DNA of 64,000 nucleotides from Bythopirellula sp. GTDB lineage: Bacteria > Planctomycetota > Planctomycetia > Pirellulales > Lacipirellulaceae. A program made the position numbers and the translations under genes. The notes beneath the pieces were generated by a model that saw nothing but the letters and a program-made list of their open reading frames with translations, did no database searches and was not told the DNA's origin. The first letter of the stretch is position 1. Each line of letters opens with the position of its first letter. Positions 1-10,351 of the stretch are shown here, piece after piece. The DNA lies in NCBI GenBank assembly GCA_965216565.1, contig OZ244170.1, positions 4,384,001-4,448,000 of the forward strand, given 5' to 3'.

Positions 1-608
1 TTGAGAAGCTGCATACTGCGGTCAAGGAGAACTACGCATTGGGCTGGATGTCTCTGCCGCGACCCTGGGCGGGGGGCAATGCTCTGCATCACGGCGGCGA
101 TAATACCATGAATAATGCAATCGTGTGGGCAGCACCGAATAAGCGGTTTGCGGTGCTGGTCGTTACCAACCAAAGTACCACCGGACCGGCTGCCGACGAA
201 GTTGCGTCTGGACTTCTTGTCGCGTGGCAAGCAGGTCCTCAGAAAGCTCCGCTACAAACACGTGGGAGAGATTTCCCGAAGCGTGCTCCATTTCGGGCGG
301 TTCGTTGGAGAAAAAATGAACCCGTGGTAAATGTCCATGGGGAGTGGTTCACACTCATTTCCATCGATAAAGTGGCCGCCACCGAAATCGTAGGGTTCAG
401 TCAAGAAAGCTATGGTGATAAGTGGAAGAAACGGTTTGAGGAAGATCTGGTCGAGGTCCTAGCAGGAATGGGCAACGAGCCTGAGGATACCGTCGAACTA
501 GTCGTAAAGCCACTGAAGGAATCGAAAACGCGTACTCTGATCGGCGTCGCCATGACTGAGGCAAATCGCCAGGCCATTCGCGCAGCAGCGGCAGGCCATC
601 CGGATTGA
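1..608 (+). CDS. Serine hydrolase (beta-lactamase family), C-terminal part with extra C-terminal domain; 5'-truncated by window
   Basis: Frame open from base 3; YALGW...HGGDN...AVLVVTN resembles the C-terminus of class C beta-lactamase-like hydrolases. Confidence 0.65.
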   Translation, partial: EKLHTAVKENYALGWMSLPRPWAGGNALHHGGDNTMNNAIVWAAPNKRFAVLVVTNQSTTGPAADEVASGLLVAWQAGPQKAPLQTRGRDFPKRAPFRAVRWRKNEPVVNVHGEWFTLISIDKVAATEIVGFSQESYGDKWKKRFEEDLVEVLAGMGNEPEDTVELVVKPLKESKTRTLIGVAMTEANRQAIRAAAAGHPD

Positions 609-1217
609 CCCTCAAGAAACGAGAAGAGCCGCAGCGTTCTTGACGATCGCTACGGCTCAACCCTTCTGTATCAAACTTCCGGTCTAATTGCGACGGTGTG
701 GAGTCGCTGGAAGAATGGCGCGTGTCGGACAGTGCTGCGCACTGCCATGGTATCGACTCGGGCCAATCCAAAAAATTGGTCCTCCCGACGGAATTGCGAC
801 CAGGAAGTTTGGCTTGGTTATCCGCCTGCTTGGCGGAATTGTTCTCGGTTGCTCTTCAGTTATCGGATTTCGTCCCCCATAGGCTCCAGTCCGAAGCCGC
901 CAGGGACGAGACATTACAAAGTAATTCTACCTCGCGGAATAGGGGTATGAGAGCGATTTTTCTGGAGCAAACTTTGTGCCAAAGAATAAATTGTTAATTA
1001 CACGATTTTTCGAAAATTAGTTTGCGGAAAGCCCCACTAAACAGTTGCATTTTACAAAACATTCAACTCATCCCTACCAAATGCTGGCGGGCCAGTTGAC
1101 CTTGCCAAGTTGGAGGTCAACTCGTACAAGTCGGACCGCTAATTTTCTAGATGGTGGGGTATTTTCTTGGCGGGGGTGATGGGCTTGCTGATGGCGAGTT
1201 CGTCGAAAGGTTGCGAG

Positions 1218-1613
1218 ATGGACAGTTGGTATCTGGGTCGGTGGCAGAGGTCGAATTGGTTAGTTGGTTTTGTGATAGTGGCGACAGGCTGCGCCGTTGC
1301 GTTCCTGCAGTGGGCTCCCTCAAGCTTTGCCCAACAATCGATCACTCCTAACTCGAGCCAAGGACGGCGGGTCGATCTGCGCGATCAACTTGTCGCTGGT
1401 CTGAGAGCATTTACACCAGCAGATCGCTTGTTCATTGACAAAGTCGTCGCAGCGGTTGGCCAAGGCAAGCTTCCACGTCGCGTGGTAGACGGCACATTCC
1501 TCTGGGCTCGCGACCGCGCTGCCCGACGTAGCTCGATGCGTCGCTTGCGGCCGATGGTCTACTTTAGACCCGCGCTAGCTGCACGTGCCAAGCGATTCGG
1601 GGTCGTGCTCTAG
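1218..1613 (+). CDS. Hypothetical exported/membrane protein
   Basis: ORF 1167..1613; hydrophobic N-terminal segment ending SFA-QQ; start uncertain. Confidence 0.6.
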   Translation: MDSWYLGRWQRSNWLVGFVIVATGCAVAFLQWAPSSFAQQSITPNSSQGRRVDLRDQLVAGLRAFTPADRLFIDKVVAAVGQGKLPRRVVDGTFLWARDRAARRSSMRRLRPMVYFRPALAARAKRFGVVL

Positions 1614-1778
1614 CCGTCATCTTCGGCAGAAGATACGAGTATCGGCTTGGCAATCTACGTAGGTTATTAGGGAAATTGACTTCTATTCAGTCTCCCACGA
1701 ATCGGGTATGCTATTGAGCTAATCGGGCTGCTGCCAGCCCATCATTCGCTCGGTCTTCACCCGTAATAATAATTCGAT

Positions 1779-2195
1779 ATGGCCAAAAAGAAGGCAAAGA
1801 AGAAAGCACCCGCTAAGAAAAAGGCGGCTGCCAAAAAGAAGGCTCCTGCTAAAAAGAAGGCAGCCAAGAAAACGACTAAGAAGAAAGCCGCTGCGACAAA
1901 AAAGAAAGCGGCCAAGAAGGCTCCTGCCAAAAAGAAGGCCGCTCCCGCCAAAAAGAAAAAGGCAGCAAAAAAGGCACCCGCAGCCAAGAAGCCGGCCAAA
2001 AAGAAGTCGACTCGTCGCAAAGCAAAGGTGATTCGTTTGAAGGCCTATTGGGGAGTCTTTAGTCAATCGCTCCGGAGGGTCGCGCTGTTCGAATTCAACG
2101 AACGGAAGCAGGCTGAAAAGAAGGCCGTCGAACTCTCCAAGGGCGGCAAAAGCCCCCACTTCGTCCAACCGGTCAAGGAAGAGATTGCAGAGTAG
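1779..2195 (+). CDS. Histone H1-like Lys/Ala-rich DNA-binding protein with small C-terminal domain
   Basis: About 80 aa of AKKK/PAKKK repeats followed by non-repetitive RLKAYWGVF...HFVQPVKEE. Confidence 0.8.
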   Translation: MAKKKAKKKAPAKKKAAAKKKAPAKKKAAKKTTKKKAAATKKKAAKKAPAKKKAAPAKKKKAAKKAPAAKKPAKKKSTRRKAKVIRLKAYWGVFSQSLRRVALFEFNERKQAEKKAVELSKGGKSPHFVQPVKEEIAE

Positions 2196-2219
2196 AGTAA
2201 GCGGCGGAGCTGCTTGGGA

Positions 2220-2591
2220 TCATCCCAAGATTTTCCTGAGCCGCTCCTCAGTCTCTGGCTTTTCCAGTTCTAGCTTGCCGAATCCGCGTTGGGCGCCGAT
2301 CGCCTCGGCTGCATCTTGATGCTCGGGGAAGTTGGTCACCAGCATCACGGGAACATCTTTTAACTCGACATCAGACTTGATCTGTTTGATGACTTCGATG
2401 CCATCGGAGTAGTCGCGATCGAGTTTGCGGTTTACCAGCACTAAGTCGAACGCTCCGCTGCGAAGTTTTTCGAGCGCATCGTCCGCTCCGTGAGCCTGAG
2501 CCACTTCGCTACCAAAGCGTCCGCTCAGGAAACTCTCAATCGTTGAGAAGTCTGGCCCACAGTTTCCGACATCTAATACGCGTTTAGCCAT
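2220..2591 (-). CDS. Stand-alone response regulator receiver protein (atypical)
   Basis: CheY-like pattern RVLDV...FDLVLVN...DGIEVIKQIK...VPVMLVT; phosphoacceptor position appears to be Asn. Confidence 0.75.
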   Translation of the reverse strand: MAKRVLDVGNCGPDFSTIESFLSGRFGSEVAQAHGADDALEKLRSGAFDLVLVNRKLDRDYSDGIEVIKQIKSDVELKDVPVMLVTNFPEHQDAAEAIGAQRGFGKLELEKPETEERLRKILG

Positions 2592-2597
2592 GGATAT

Positions 2598-4595
2598 TTA
2601 TTCTTTCTCGCTGGAGTTTTCGTTTGCGATCGCAAACAGATGCGTGCGATTGCTGATGTAGAGCACATTGTCGGCAACAATAGGTGTGCTGTAGACGCTA
2701 TTGCCCATGTCTCGAGTGCCATAGGCGGGTTCCTCATCTTCCATGGCAACCGTCGGATCGGCGGAGTGTTTGAAGATGGCCACTTCGCCGTCCTCGTCGC
2801 CAATGTATACCTTGTCTTCGACTATCAATGGCGAGCCCCAGGCAGCGCTTAACATATCGTAAGTCCAGTGGACTTTGCCCGTTTCCGCGTCGAGACAGTG
2901 AAATAGGCCACTGAAATCGGCGATATAGAGGATGTCGTCGCGGATGGCGACTGTCCCGCAACTACGATGCATGGTTTCTTCAAACTCGATTTCGCCGTCG
3001 TCGTTCTGATCGAAACCGCTGTAGTGCCAAATCACGGCAGAGTCTGGATTGGCCCGGGCCAAATCGCCTTCTTCCGGAACTACCGCTTGAACGCGTTTGT
3101 GAGGAATAACTTTGTCAGGATCAGCGGAGTTGAAAGCCAGTTCGGGGCTCACATCGCCGCTGCCAGAGGGATCGATGCACCACAGGTGGCCGATGCCCTC
3201 GCCGTGCTCGGGGTCTTGGCCCACTGCCACATACACGCGATCTTCGTAGATGACCGGTGTGGCAATGATGTTGTTGCGCGTGCCGCGACCACCCAATTCC
3301 CACTTAGAGGTTTTGGGATTGGCGTCGAACTTCCACCATAGTTTGGCTTTGCCATCGGAGGTGCCACGGGGATCGAAGCTATAAACCCAACCATCACCCC
3401 CGGCGAATATCACCTGTGGTTTTCCAGAAAGCATGCCGTAGGTCGGTGATGACCACTGACCATGCAGAATATTAAGTCCAGGGGAATTATCGGTCCAAAG
3501 CACTTGGCCGCTATTCTTGTCCATTGCGAAAAAGCTGGGTGCCTCGGGCGCAGGGATGTAATTGTGCTCGACGTCTACACCGTTAGAAGTGTTCACAAAC
3601 AGCACGTCTCCTGCGGAGGTGACCGAGCAGCTACACATGTTGTGCTGCGAGATCCCCAATTCTTCCATCATGTCGTAGTTCCACACGACGTCGGCTTCCT
3701 GTTTGTCTGCTAGAGATCGTTCCTTGAAAATGGAGAGGACCTTCCCGACCAGCTTTGCGGTGAGCTGGCGATCTGTGCCGTCGAAATTGCCGTCCAGCGT
3801 CCAGCCAGTACCAGGATTGATGGCTTTCACAGAAACATCTCCCGCGACGGGTTCGCCGCGTTCTTTGAGAATCTCTTCCAGGGCCCCTACCACTTCGCCC
3901 TCGGTCAGTCCCTCCAGAATTTCTGGCAGAACTTCCTCTTTCTCGGCGTTGACGGTGGCGGGAGTGATGTCGACGATTCGCAGGGAGCCGTTCTGATGAG
4001 GGCCATCGTCTTGTTCGTCGTAGAACCCTTCGGTGTCGAGGCATCGCACTTCGCCGCGACTCGTGACGAACCACAGCCGATCGTTCTCAACTAAGGGAGC
4101 GCAACAAATCCCTTGTAACGGCCAATCATGCACACGGCCTGTCGGCAGCTTTTCGCTGGAATGCTGCCAGAGGAAATCGCCCGTTTCGGCATCGAAAGCG
4201 ATGAGGCAGCCAAGATCGATTCCCGCGGGGTAACGCGGCAGCCAACCGCCGCTATTGTTCGTGCCAACAAATACCCTGCCGCCGGTCACAACCGCATTGC
4301 CATAGGTTTGCGAGCCCAGTCGGGAAACCCACTTGATGTTTTCAGCGGTCGACGAATCCCACTCACCGGTACGGTAGTCGAAGTCCCCCACTTCCCACTC
4401 GATGGGAATGCCCTCGCCGACGGGAACGTTATTTCTCTGGGAGTCACCACCCCACTGCGGCCACTCGGTAGTTTGTTGTTCAGTAGAGTCAGCAGTGGTA
4501 TCAGCCTGGCCCGCGACTTGCTCCAACCCAGCACCAGCTAACCAGCCGAGGAGCAGTGCCGCACCGAGACTCGCAAATCTTGCAATTCTTTTCAT
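2598..4595 (-). CDS. Secreted PQQ-like beta-propeller repeat protein (BamB/AfsK-like)
   Basis: Signal peptide, WPQWGG motif, repeated ...DAETG...W propeller blades. Confidence 0.85.
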   Translation of the reverse strand: MKRIARFASLGAALLLGWLAGAGLEQVAGQADTTADSTEQQTTEWPQWGGDSQRNNVPVGEGIPIEWEVGDFDYRTGEWDSSTAENIKWVSRLGSQTYGNAVVTGGRVFVGTNNSGGWLPRYPAGIDLGCLIAFDAETGDFLWQHSSEKLPTGRVHDWPLQGICCAPLVENDRLWFVTSRGEVRCLDTEGFYDEQDDGPHQNGSLRIVDITPATVNAEKEEVLPEILEGLTEGEVVGALEEILKERGEPVAGDVSVKAINPGTGWTLDGNFDGTDRQLTAKLVGKVLSIFKERSLADKQEADVVWNYDMMEELGISQHNMCSCSVTSAGDVLFVNTSNGVDVEHNYIPAPEAPSFFAMDKNSGQVLWTDNSPGLNILHGQWSSPTYGMLSGKPQVIFAGGDGWVYSFDPRGTSDGKAKLWWKFDANPKTSKWELGGRGTRNNIIATPVIYEDRVYVAVGQDPEHGEGIGHLWCIDPSGSGDVSPELAFNSADPDKVIPHKRVQAVVPEEGDLARANPDSAVIWHYSGFDQNDDGEIEFEETMHRSCGTVAIRDDILYIADFSGLFHCLDAETGKVHWTYDMLSAAWGSPLIVEDKVYIGDEDGEVAIFKHSADPTVAMEDEEPAYGTRDMGNSVYSTPIVADNVLYISNRTHLFAIANENSSEKE

Positions 4596-4756
4596 TTGTC
4601 GCTACCTAGAGTTTTTGTGTGCTAGTTGTTCGCGGTTGTTAAAGCGTTTGTGTGTTCCCGCTCCGCTTGTCCGTTGTGTGTTCGTAGTGCCGTAGCTGAC
4701 ACCGCTAACTTTTGGTTGGCGAGTACCACACTCTTCACGCCTTCTCTCAATTCTCA

Positions 4757-7024
4757 CTAATCATTCGCGTACACGCGGATATTGTCCACATAAATCTCGC
4801 CCACTTCCGACTTGCCAAATAGTCCAGGACTGCCGTGCAAGTGGGGCAAGTCATCCACCATTTCGATGGTCCATTCCTCAGGTTCCTCCTGGTTGCGGGG
4901 CCAGAGTTTGCCGCGGACAGTAGCCTGCATTTCTTGGGGATCAACACGAAGCTTCATGGTGTACCAGGTTCCAGGCTGAGGTTGAAAATCCACCGAGGCA
5001 AACGTGCGATAGTCGTGCGGACTCCAGCTATACAGGCGAAGCTCGCCAGTCGAAGACCGCACCGTCATCGAGTAGCGGCTATTGGTCAGCCCGTAGTCGG
5101 GCATTTTGCCGTTATCTTCTTGGGCTGAGAAATCACCCTGAATTGTGTAGTTGGATAAATCAGTGGGTCCCATCGAGAGCTGGCTGCGTGTGCCAAGCTT
5201 ATTGCTGGGATTCTTGGGCGTAGGGAGCACGTCGCGCTTGACCGCAATCTTGTTGCCATCCTGTTCGCGAACGACATAGCGTACCCGCCCACCAATCCAA
5301 GTGAGCGGCACTTTGTCTTTTTGCTCAAAATCAAAACTCCAAGGCAGTGGTGGTACAACTCGGATGCGAGCAGTATTTGTGATGTCGCCCAAGTTGACCC
5401 TCACAACTGCAGTATCGTGCGATGAACTCTCTGGTGCTTTATAGATGCCCGACTCTGAAATAGTGCCCACTCCGTCAACGCTGAAGTTGGCCTCAGCCAG
5501 CGATACATCTTCCAGCAACTGACCCCTCGCGTTGAAAACACGCACCTTATAATTGACGGACTCGCCAGGCGCAAGCAACACATCGTACGGTACGATTTGC
5601 AGTTGGGCTGGGGTTGTATCTTCTGAAACAGCAGATTCATGGGTAGGAGATGGCAGGGACTGGGTTGTCTTCTCCGAATTCTCGTTTCCTAGACAGTACA
5701 ACGCAGCAGAAGTCGGTAGATAAATACGGCCCTCAGCAGCAATCGGCGAACCGTCGCTGGCTTCGCCCTTCAGTCGCTCTTTGTGCAAAATCTTCACCTT
5801 CTTGTCATCCACTTGCAGGATGTACCAGCGACCGTTGTTCGTGCAGGTGTAAATCTTGCCGTCGGCCACCAAAGGTGTGCTTCGCATGGCGGTGCCGAGG
5901 CCTTTCTTCACGATCTGCTTGCCAGTCTCTGGATCGAGCAAATACATCTTGGCCCGATCGTCGACTACACAGAGCTTTCCGTCGACCATCACGGGCGAGC
6001 TCTTCCCGACCATCAGTTGGTAGCGGATCCACTTTTCTTTCCCGGCCAACTTGCCGGACATAGATCCATCGAGCGCTACCACGGCTCCCATGGTATTGCC
6101 GACTACATTCTCCTCACTATGTCCGGCGTACACAGTGTCGCCAACGACTAGGGGAGAGGTGTTGATTCCCCGTCGCGAAAGCGGATAGTGCCAAATGTGC
6201 TTGCCCGTGCGAGGTTGCATCGCCCATACTTGCCCGTCACCCGAGCCGAAAACGAGGGCCGCTTGTCCGCCCAAAACACACACAGTTGGCGTACTGTAAG
6301 TCGTGTCGTAGGGAGAGATCCTCGTGCCATTGAGCCAGCGGATTTCCCCGGTGCTCTTGTCGAAGGCCATAAAGCGGTGGGCCGGCTTGGCTAGAAAATC
6401 GTACTTTGGCGAATCGCCCCAACCAACGACCACGGCACTGGTAATCACCAGGTCCTCGAATATCACCGGCACATTGGTCCGACCGCCATACGTATTGATG
6501 AGCCCAAATTCCTCGAGCAGGCTGCGTTCCCATACTAAGTCTCCGGTATCGCCTTCCAAGCAGCAGAAGTAGCCGCACACGCTTTGCACGTAGACCCGGC
6601 CCGTATCTGGATCGCCCGCACAGCACGACCAGCCAACGCGCGTGTCGGGAACTTCGCACAGATAGATGTTGATCCGCCGCTCCCATACGAGTTTTCCGGT
6701 TGCGGCATTTATACAGACGACTTTTTCAGATTCGGTCGGCGTTCCTGCTCTGTCGCGGACAATCGTATAGAGTCGTCCGTCGAAAACAATGGGAGTAGAC
6801 CGCCCGCCCAGGTCGTCTCTTTTCCAAATGAGGTTGCTGCCCTCGCCCCCTTCGGGTTCCCATTCTTCGATCAAACCCTGCTCGTTCGACGAGTTGTTCT
6901 GTTGCGGACCACGCCAATGAGCCCACGGTGCAGAGTCTTCAGCTTCTAGGAGGTTTGGGGCCAACAGCAAGAAGAAGGCACATGACCCAGCCAGCAGGTT
7001 TCTGTTTGCCAGACGCAATTGCAT
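4757..7024 (-). CDS. Secreted PQQ-like beta-propeller repeat protein with C-terminal lectin-like domain
   Basis: Signal peptide, WAHWRGP motif, STP/SSP blade repeats. Confidence 0.85.
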   Translation of the reverse strand: MQLRLANRNLLAGSCAFFLLLAPNLLEAEDSAPWAHWRGPQQNNSSNEQGLIEEWEPEGGEGSNLIWKRDDLGGRSTPIVFDGRLYTIVRDRAGTPTESEKVVCINAATGKLVWERRINIYLCEVPDTRVGWSCCAGDPDTGRVYVQSVCGYFCCLEGDTGDLVWERSLLEEFGLINTYGGRTNVPVIFEDLVITSAVVVGWGDSPKYDFLAKPAHRFMAFDKSTGEIRWLNGTRISPYDTTYSTPTVCVLGGQAALVFGSGDGQVWAMQPRTGKHIWHYPLSRRGINTSPLVVGDTVYAGHSEENVVGNTMGAVVALDGSMSGKLAGKEKWIRYQLMVGKSSPVMVDGKLCVVDDRAKMYLLDPETGKQIVKKGLGTAMRSTPLVADGKIYTCTNNGRWYILQVDDKKVKILHKERLKGEASDGSPIAAEGRIYLPTSAALYCLGNENSEKTTQSLPSPTHESAVSEDTTPAQLQIVPYDVLLAPGESVNYKVRVFNARGQLLEDVSLAEANFSVDGVGTISESGIYKAPESSSHDTAVVRVNLGDITNTARIRVVPPLPWSFDFEQKDKVPLTWIGGRVRYVVREQDGNKIAVKRDVLPTPKNPSNKLGTRSQLSMGPTDLSNYTIQGDFSAQEDNGKMPDYGLTNSRYSMTVRSSTGELRLYSWSPHDYRTFASVDFQPQPGTWYTMKLRVDPQEMQATVRGKLWPRNQEEPEEWTIEMVDDLPHLHGSPGLFGKSEVGEIYVDNIRVYAND

Positions 7025-7786
7025 TTAAAGGACCTCAAGCGATAGCAGGATATTGGGCGGGAAGGTAGTTTCTGACCGATTTGAGGACCTGATCAGAAGG
7101 TGGGTTGGTCGTAGTTGGTGGGGCTAATGTAGCAAGAGGCAACGCGGAGCTTGGTAAGGTATGCCGCTCAGGTAGCTTTTGCTTGTTTGGCAGACTTGTC
7201 TTATAGGCCGCTTCCGTGAACTGCAATAGACAGTTTCGTCCTCGCGACTTGCCGACTGCAAATTGAACGAAACAAGGGCTGGGGACTAGACTTACGGTCT
7301 TTCAGCATAGCAAATTTGAAGTCAGATCTCTATGAGCAGATCCGTGTTTTCCCCGCTTACAACCATCACCAGCGAAATTGCTTCTGTGGCCGTTAAAGCT
7401 TACCTAACGATTGACCTAAACCACTTGCTGAAAAATACTTCTGTGCACTCAAGGCACATTGTTGATAGGACCGATACGAACTGATGTCGCAAGCAGAGCT
7501 TTGCGGCGCACCACTGTTAAGCGCGTCGATAAACCGGCCTGTACTGAATCGAGTCATGGATTGGCTCGACTGGTGTTGACGCCTGACCGTGGGGACACGA
7601 AAGCAAACCCCCCTTTGAACATCCGGCCCCCCCGGATCACCTACCTTCCCCCCCGCAATACATGTAGGCCCGCTGCCTACGCTCACGTCATCTCGACCAC
7701 CCATGGAAGGTGTGGAGATTCTCGCCGGATAGGACTCAGGTGCTTTTTTTGCACGTTGGTCCCCAACGAATAGGAGACGTTATTCG

Positions 7787-9178
7787 ATGAAGTGGAATCT
7801 ATTGGGAGCGCTCATCTTTAGCGTGTGTCTCACAGGCCAGAGCTTCGGATTTGGTTTGTTAGACACAATGCTTGGGAGCGGATGTGGATGCGACTCTTGT
7901 GAGCCGCAATGTTGTTGTGAGAAATCATGTGGATGTGCAGACGACTGCTGCGGAAATGGTTGCTGTGGCGACAATTGCTGTGGTAACGGTTGCTGCGAAG
8001 CCAGCTGTGGCTGTTGCGACAACGGATGCTGTGAAGCTTCCTGTGGTTGCTGCGATTCTTGCTGCTGCTGCAAGAAGAAGCGTTCTTGCTTCTTGAGCCG
8101 TCTGTTCGAGCGTAAGAGCAAGTGCTGCTGCGAAGCTTCTTGCGGATGCTGTGGCGACGACTGCTGTGGTAACGGTTGCTGTGGCGACGACTGCTGCGGA
8201 AATGGTTGCTGTGGCGACAATTGCTGTGGCAACGGTTGCTGCGAAGCCAGCTGTGGCTGCTGTGACAACGGATGCTGTGAAGCTTCCTGTGGTTGCTGCG
8301 ACTCCGGTTGCTGCTGCTGCAAGAAGAAGCGATCTTGCTTCTTGAGCCGTCTGTTCGAGCGTAAGAACAAGTGCTGCTGCGAAGCTTCTTGCGGATGCTG
8401 TGGCGACGACTGCTGTGGTAACGGTTGCTGTGGCGACGATTGCTGCGGAAATGGTTGCTGTGGCGACAATTGCTGTGGTAACGGTTGCTGCGAAGCTAGC
8501 TGTGGCTGCTGCGACAACGGATGCTGTGAAGCTTCCTGTGGTTGCTGCGACTCCGGTTGCTGCTGCTGCAAGAAGAAGCGATCTTGCTTCTTGAGCCGTC
8601 TGTTCGAGCGTAAGAACAAGTGCTGCTGCGAAGCTTCTTGCGGATGCTGTGGCGACAACTGCTGTGGTAACGGTTGCTGTGGCGAAGCTTGCTGCGGATG
8701 TGCCGATGACTGCTGCTGCGGAAATGGTTGCTGTGGCGACAACTGCTGTGGTAACGGTTGCTGCGAAGCTAGCTGTGGCTGCTGCGACAACGGATGCTGT
8801 GAAGCTTCCTGTGGTTGCTGCGACTCTGGTTGCTGCTGCTGCAAGAAGAAGCGTTCTTGCTTCTTGAGCAAGCTGTTCCAGCGTAAGAGCAAGTGCTGCT
8901 GCTGCGAAGCTTCTTGCGGATGCTGTGGCGACAACTGCTGCGGCAACGGTTGCTGCGAAGCCAGCTGTGGATGCTGCGGCGACGGCTGCTGTGGTGACAA
9001 CTGCTGTGGCAACGGATGTTGCGACGGTGGTTCGATGGAATCGGCTCCAGTCGAGTCCGCCGAGCCAGAAGAAGCTGCCAGTGCTCAAGCTTCTCCAATC
9101 CCACCTGCACCGTCGGCCAGCCCGAATGCTCGGATTGCCCAACCTCGCAAGGTGGTTAGCGCTAGCTTCGTTCGCTAA
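7787..9178 (+). CDS. Secreted Cys-rich tandem-repeat protein
   Basis: AGGAG SD, signal peptide, 83-aa (249-bp) repeats with 31 Cys each, strong terminator downstream. Confidence 0.85.
   Translation: MKWNLLGALIFSVCLTGQSFGFGLLDTMLGSGCGCDSCEPQCCCEKSCGCADDCCGNGCCGDNCCGNGCCEASCGCCDNGCCEASCGCCDSCCCCKKKRSCFLSRLFERKSKCCCEASCGCCGDDCCGNGCCGDDCCGNGCCGDNCCGNGCCEASCGCCDNGCCEASCGCCDSGCCCCKKKRSCFLSRLFERKNKCCCEASCGCCGDDCCGNGCCGDDCCGNGCCGDNCCGNGCCEASCGCCDNGCCEASCGCCDSGCCCCKKKRSCFLSRLFERKNKCCCEASCGCCGDNCCGNGCCGEACCGCADDCCCGNGCCGDNCCGNGCCEASCGCCDNGCCEASCGCCDSGCCCCKKKRSCFLSKLFQRKSKCCCCEASCGCCGDNCCGNGCCEASCGCCGDGCCGDNCCGNGCCDGGSMESAPVESAEPEEAASAQASPIPPAPSASPNARIAQPRKVVSASFVR
7925..9030 (+). repeat. Intragenic tandem repeat, period 249/249/273 bp
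   Basis: aagaagaagcg(t/a)tcttgcttcttgagc recurs at 8072, 8321, 8570 and 8843. Confidence 0.95.
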
Positions 9179-9220
9179 GACACGAGACTAGACAAAGGGA
9201 TTCAAACGATTCCCCCTCTG

Positions 9221-9263
9221 AGGACCTGTCTCGGGCTTTCGGGCTCGGGGCAGGTTCTTTTTT
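9221..9263 (+). terminator. Intrinsic terminator
   Basis: AGGACCTGTCTCGGGCT-TTCG-GGCTCGGGGCAGGTTCT hairpin followed by a T run. Confidence 0.8.
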
Positions 9264-9413
9264 CGTAGAAGTTGGTTGTTAATCGTCGGTTGTAAGTTGT
9301 CACTGGACAGAAGCTAGCAATCTGAACTAACAAACTGTTTAAAACGTAATAGCATCGGTGGGGCAACTCTAGCTGACCAATCCTTCTCGGCTCTTTTCTC
9401 TTGGAGAATATTC

Positions 9414-10289
9414 ATGCGGAACCCCCATCGCAGTTTGCAGAGTCGAGGGATGATTTCGTGGCCGGCGTTTGCCTTGCTCATGAGCGGGACTGTGTGTCTG
9501 GCACAACTCTATTCGCAGAATTTGACCCCACGGCCACGCCCCGCCAGCGAAACACCATTGGCCGATACGGCCCGCAACGCCTTGGCTTGGTCCTTTGCTC
9601 GACTTATCCGAGATGCTATCCCGGCAGAGTACGAGAAAAAGAAAGATTGGGGGCGTCGGAAAAACATAACCGTTGGAGTGCGGGCCGATGGGTTAAAACT
9701 CGAGCGCCGCAAAAAACCGGTCAAACATGGTGTTTGGAAACATTATGTTGTGAAGTTAGTTGAGCCGGAGGAGAATCTCTCTGTGGCAATCAATGATCTC
9801 CGTTCGATCGACCAAGGCCGCATGGCATTCAAGCTTGTGCTTTCTGCCAAGCTCGATCTTTGGGCCCGGGCAAAGACCTATCAGTATGGGGTGCACATCA
9901 TTGCCCTCGAAGCGACCGGCAGAACCGACCTCGAATTGGAACTAGATTGCGAAGTAGGCGTGGGCGTCGTGCCAGAAAATGGGAAATCCAACGCAGTGCT
10001 TGATCCTAGGGTCGTAGATTCAAAACTGAACCTCAAGGGATTCCGTTTGAATCGCATCAGCAACGCCAAAGGGCCCTTGGTGCGAGAGATTGGCGAAGAA
10101 ATTCACGATCTCATCGAGAAGGAGCTGCGTGGCAAGAAACTAACAGCCAAGCTCAATAAGTCGATCGATAAGAAACGTGACCGACTGCAATTTACCTTGC
10201 CGGCATTCTTGAATTCGTCGTGGTGGCCCCTGGCAAGCTTGCCAAAAGTCGAAGATGCTCTGGAACAAGAAAAATCACTCTATCGCTAA
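9414..10289 (+). CDS. Hypothetical exported protein
   Basis: 291-aa ORF, GGAG SD, N-terminal hydrophobic stretch. Confidence 0.75.
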   Translation: MRNPHRSLQSRGMISWPAFALLMSGTVCLAQLYSQNLTPRPRPASETPLADTARNALAWSFARLIRDAIPAEYEKKKDWGRRKNITVGVRADGLKLERRKKPVKHGVWKHYVVKLVEPEENLSVAINDLRSIDQGRMAFKLVLSAKLDLWARAKTYQYGVHIIALEATGRTDLELELDCEVGVGVVPENGKSNAVLDPRVVDSKLNLKGFRLNRISNAKGPLVREIGEEIHDLIEKELRGKKLTAKLNKSIDKKRDRLQFTLPAFLNSSWWPLASLPKVEDALEQEKSLYR

Positions 10290-10351
10290 CCGGAAACGTT
10301 AGCGCCTGGATTGGTTCGGAGGCTGACGCCACCCGGCTAGCTGGACTGAAA

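Noticed and set aside
610..1140. Short ORFs and a GTTGACCT...AGGTCAAC inverted repeat (1095-1121)
   Set aside because: No convincing coding features; the repeat is single-copy in the window and cannot be assigned a function
7230..7786. Possible ncRNA or riboswitch upstream of the Cys-rich gene
   Set aside because: Long intergenic region, but no motif I can recognise; would need a covariance-model search
7780..9142. Long Gln/Pro-rich (gliadin-like) and Ala/Thr-rich antisense ORFs
   Set aside because: Shadows of the TGC/TGT-rich repeat gene; the plus-strand ORF has the SD, signal peptide and terminator
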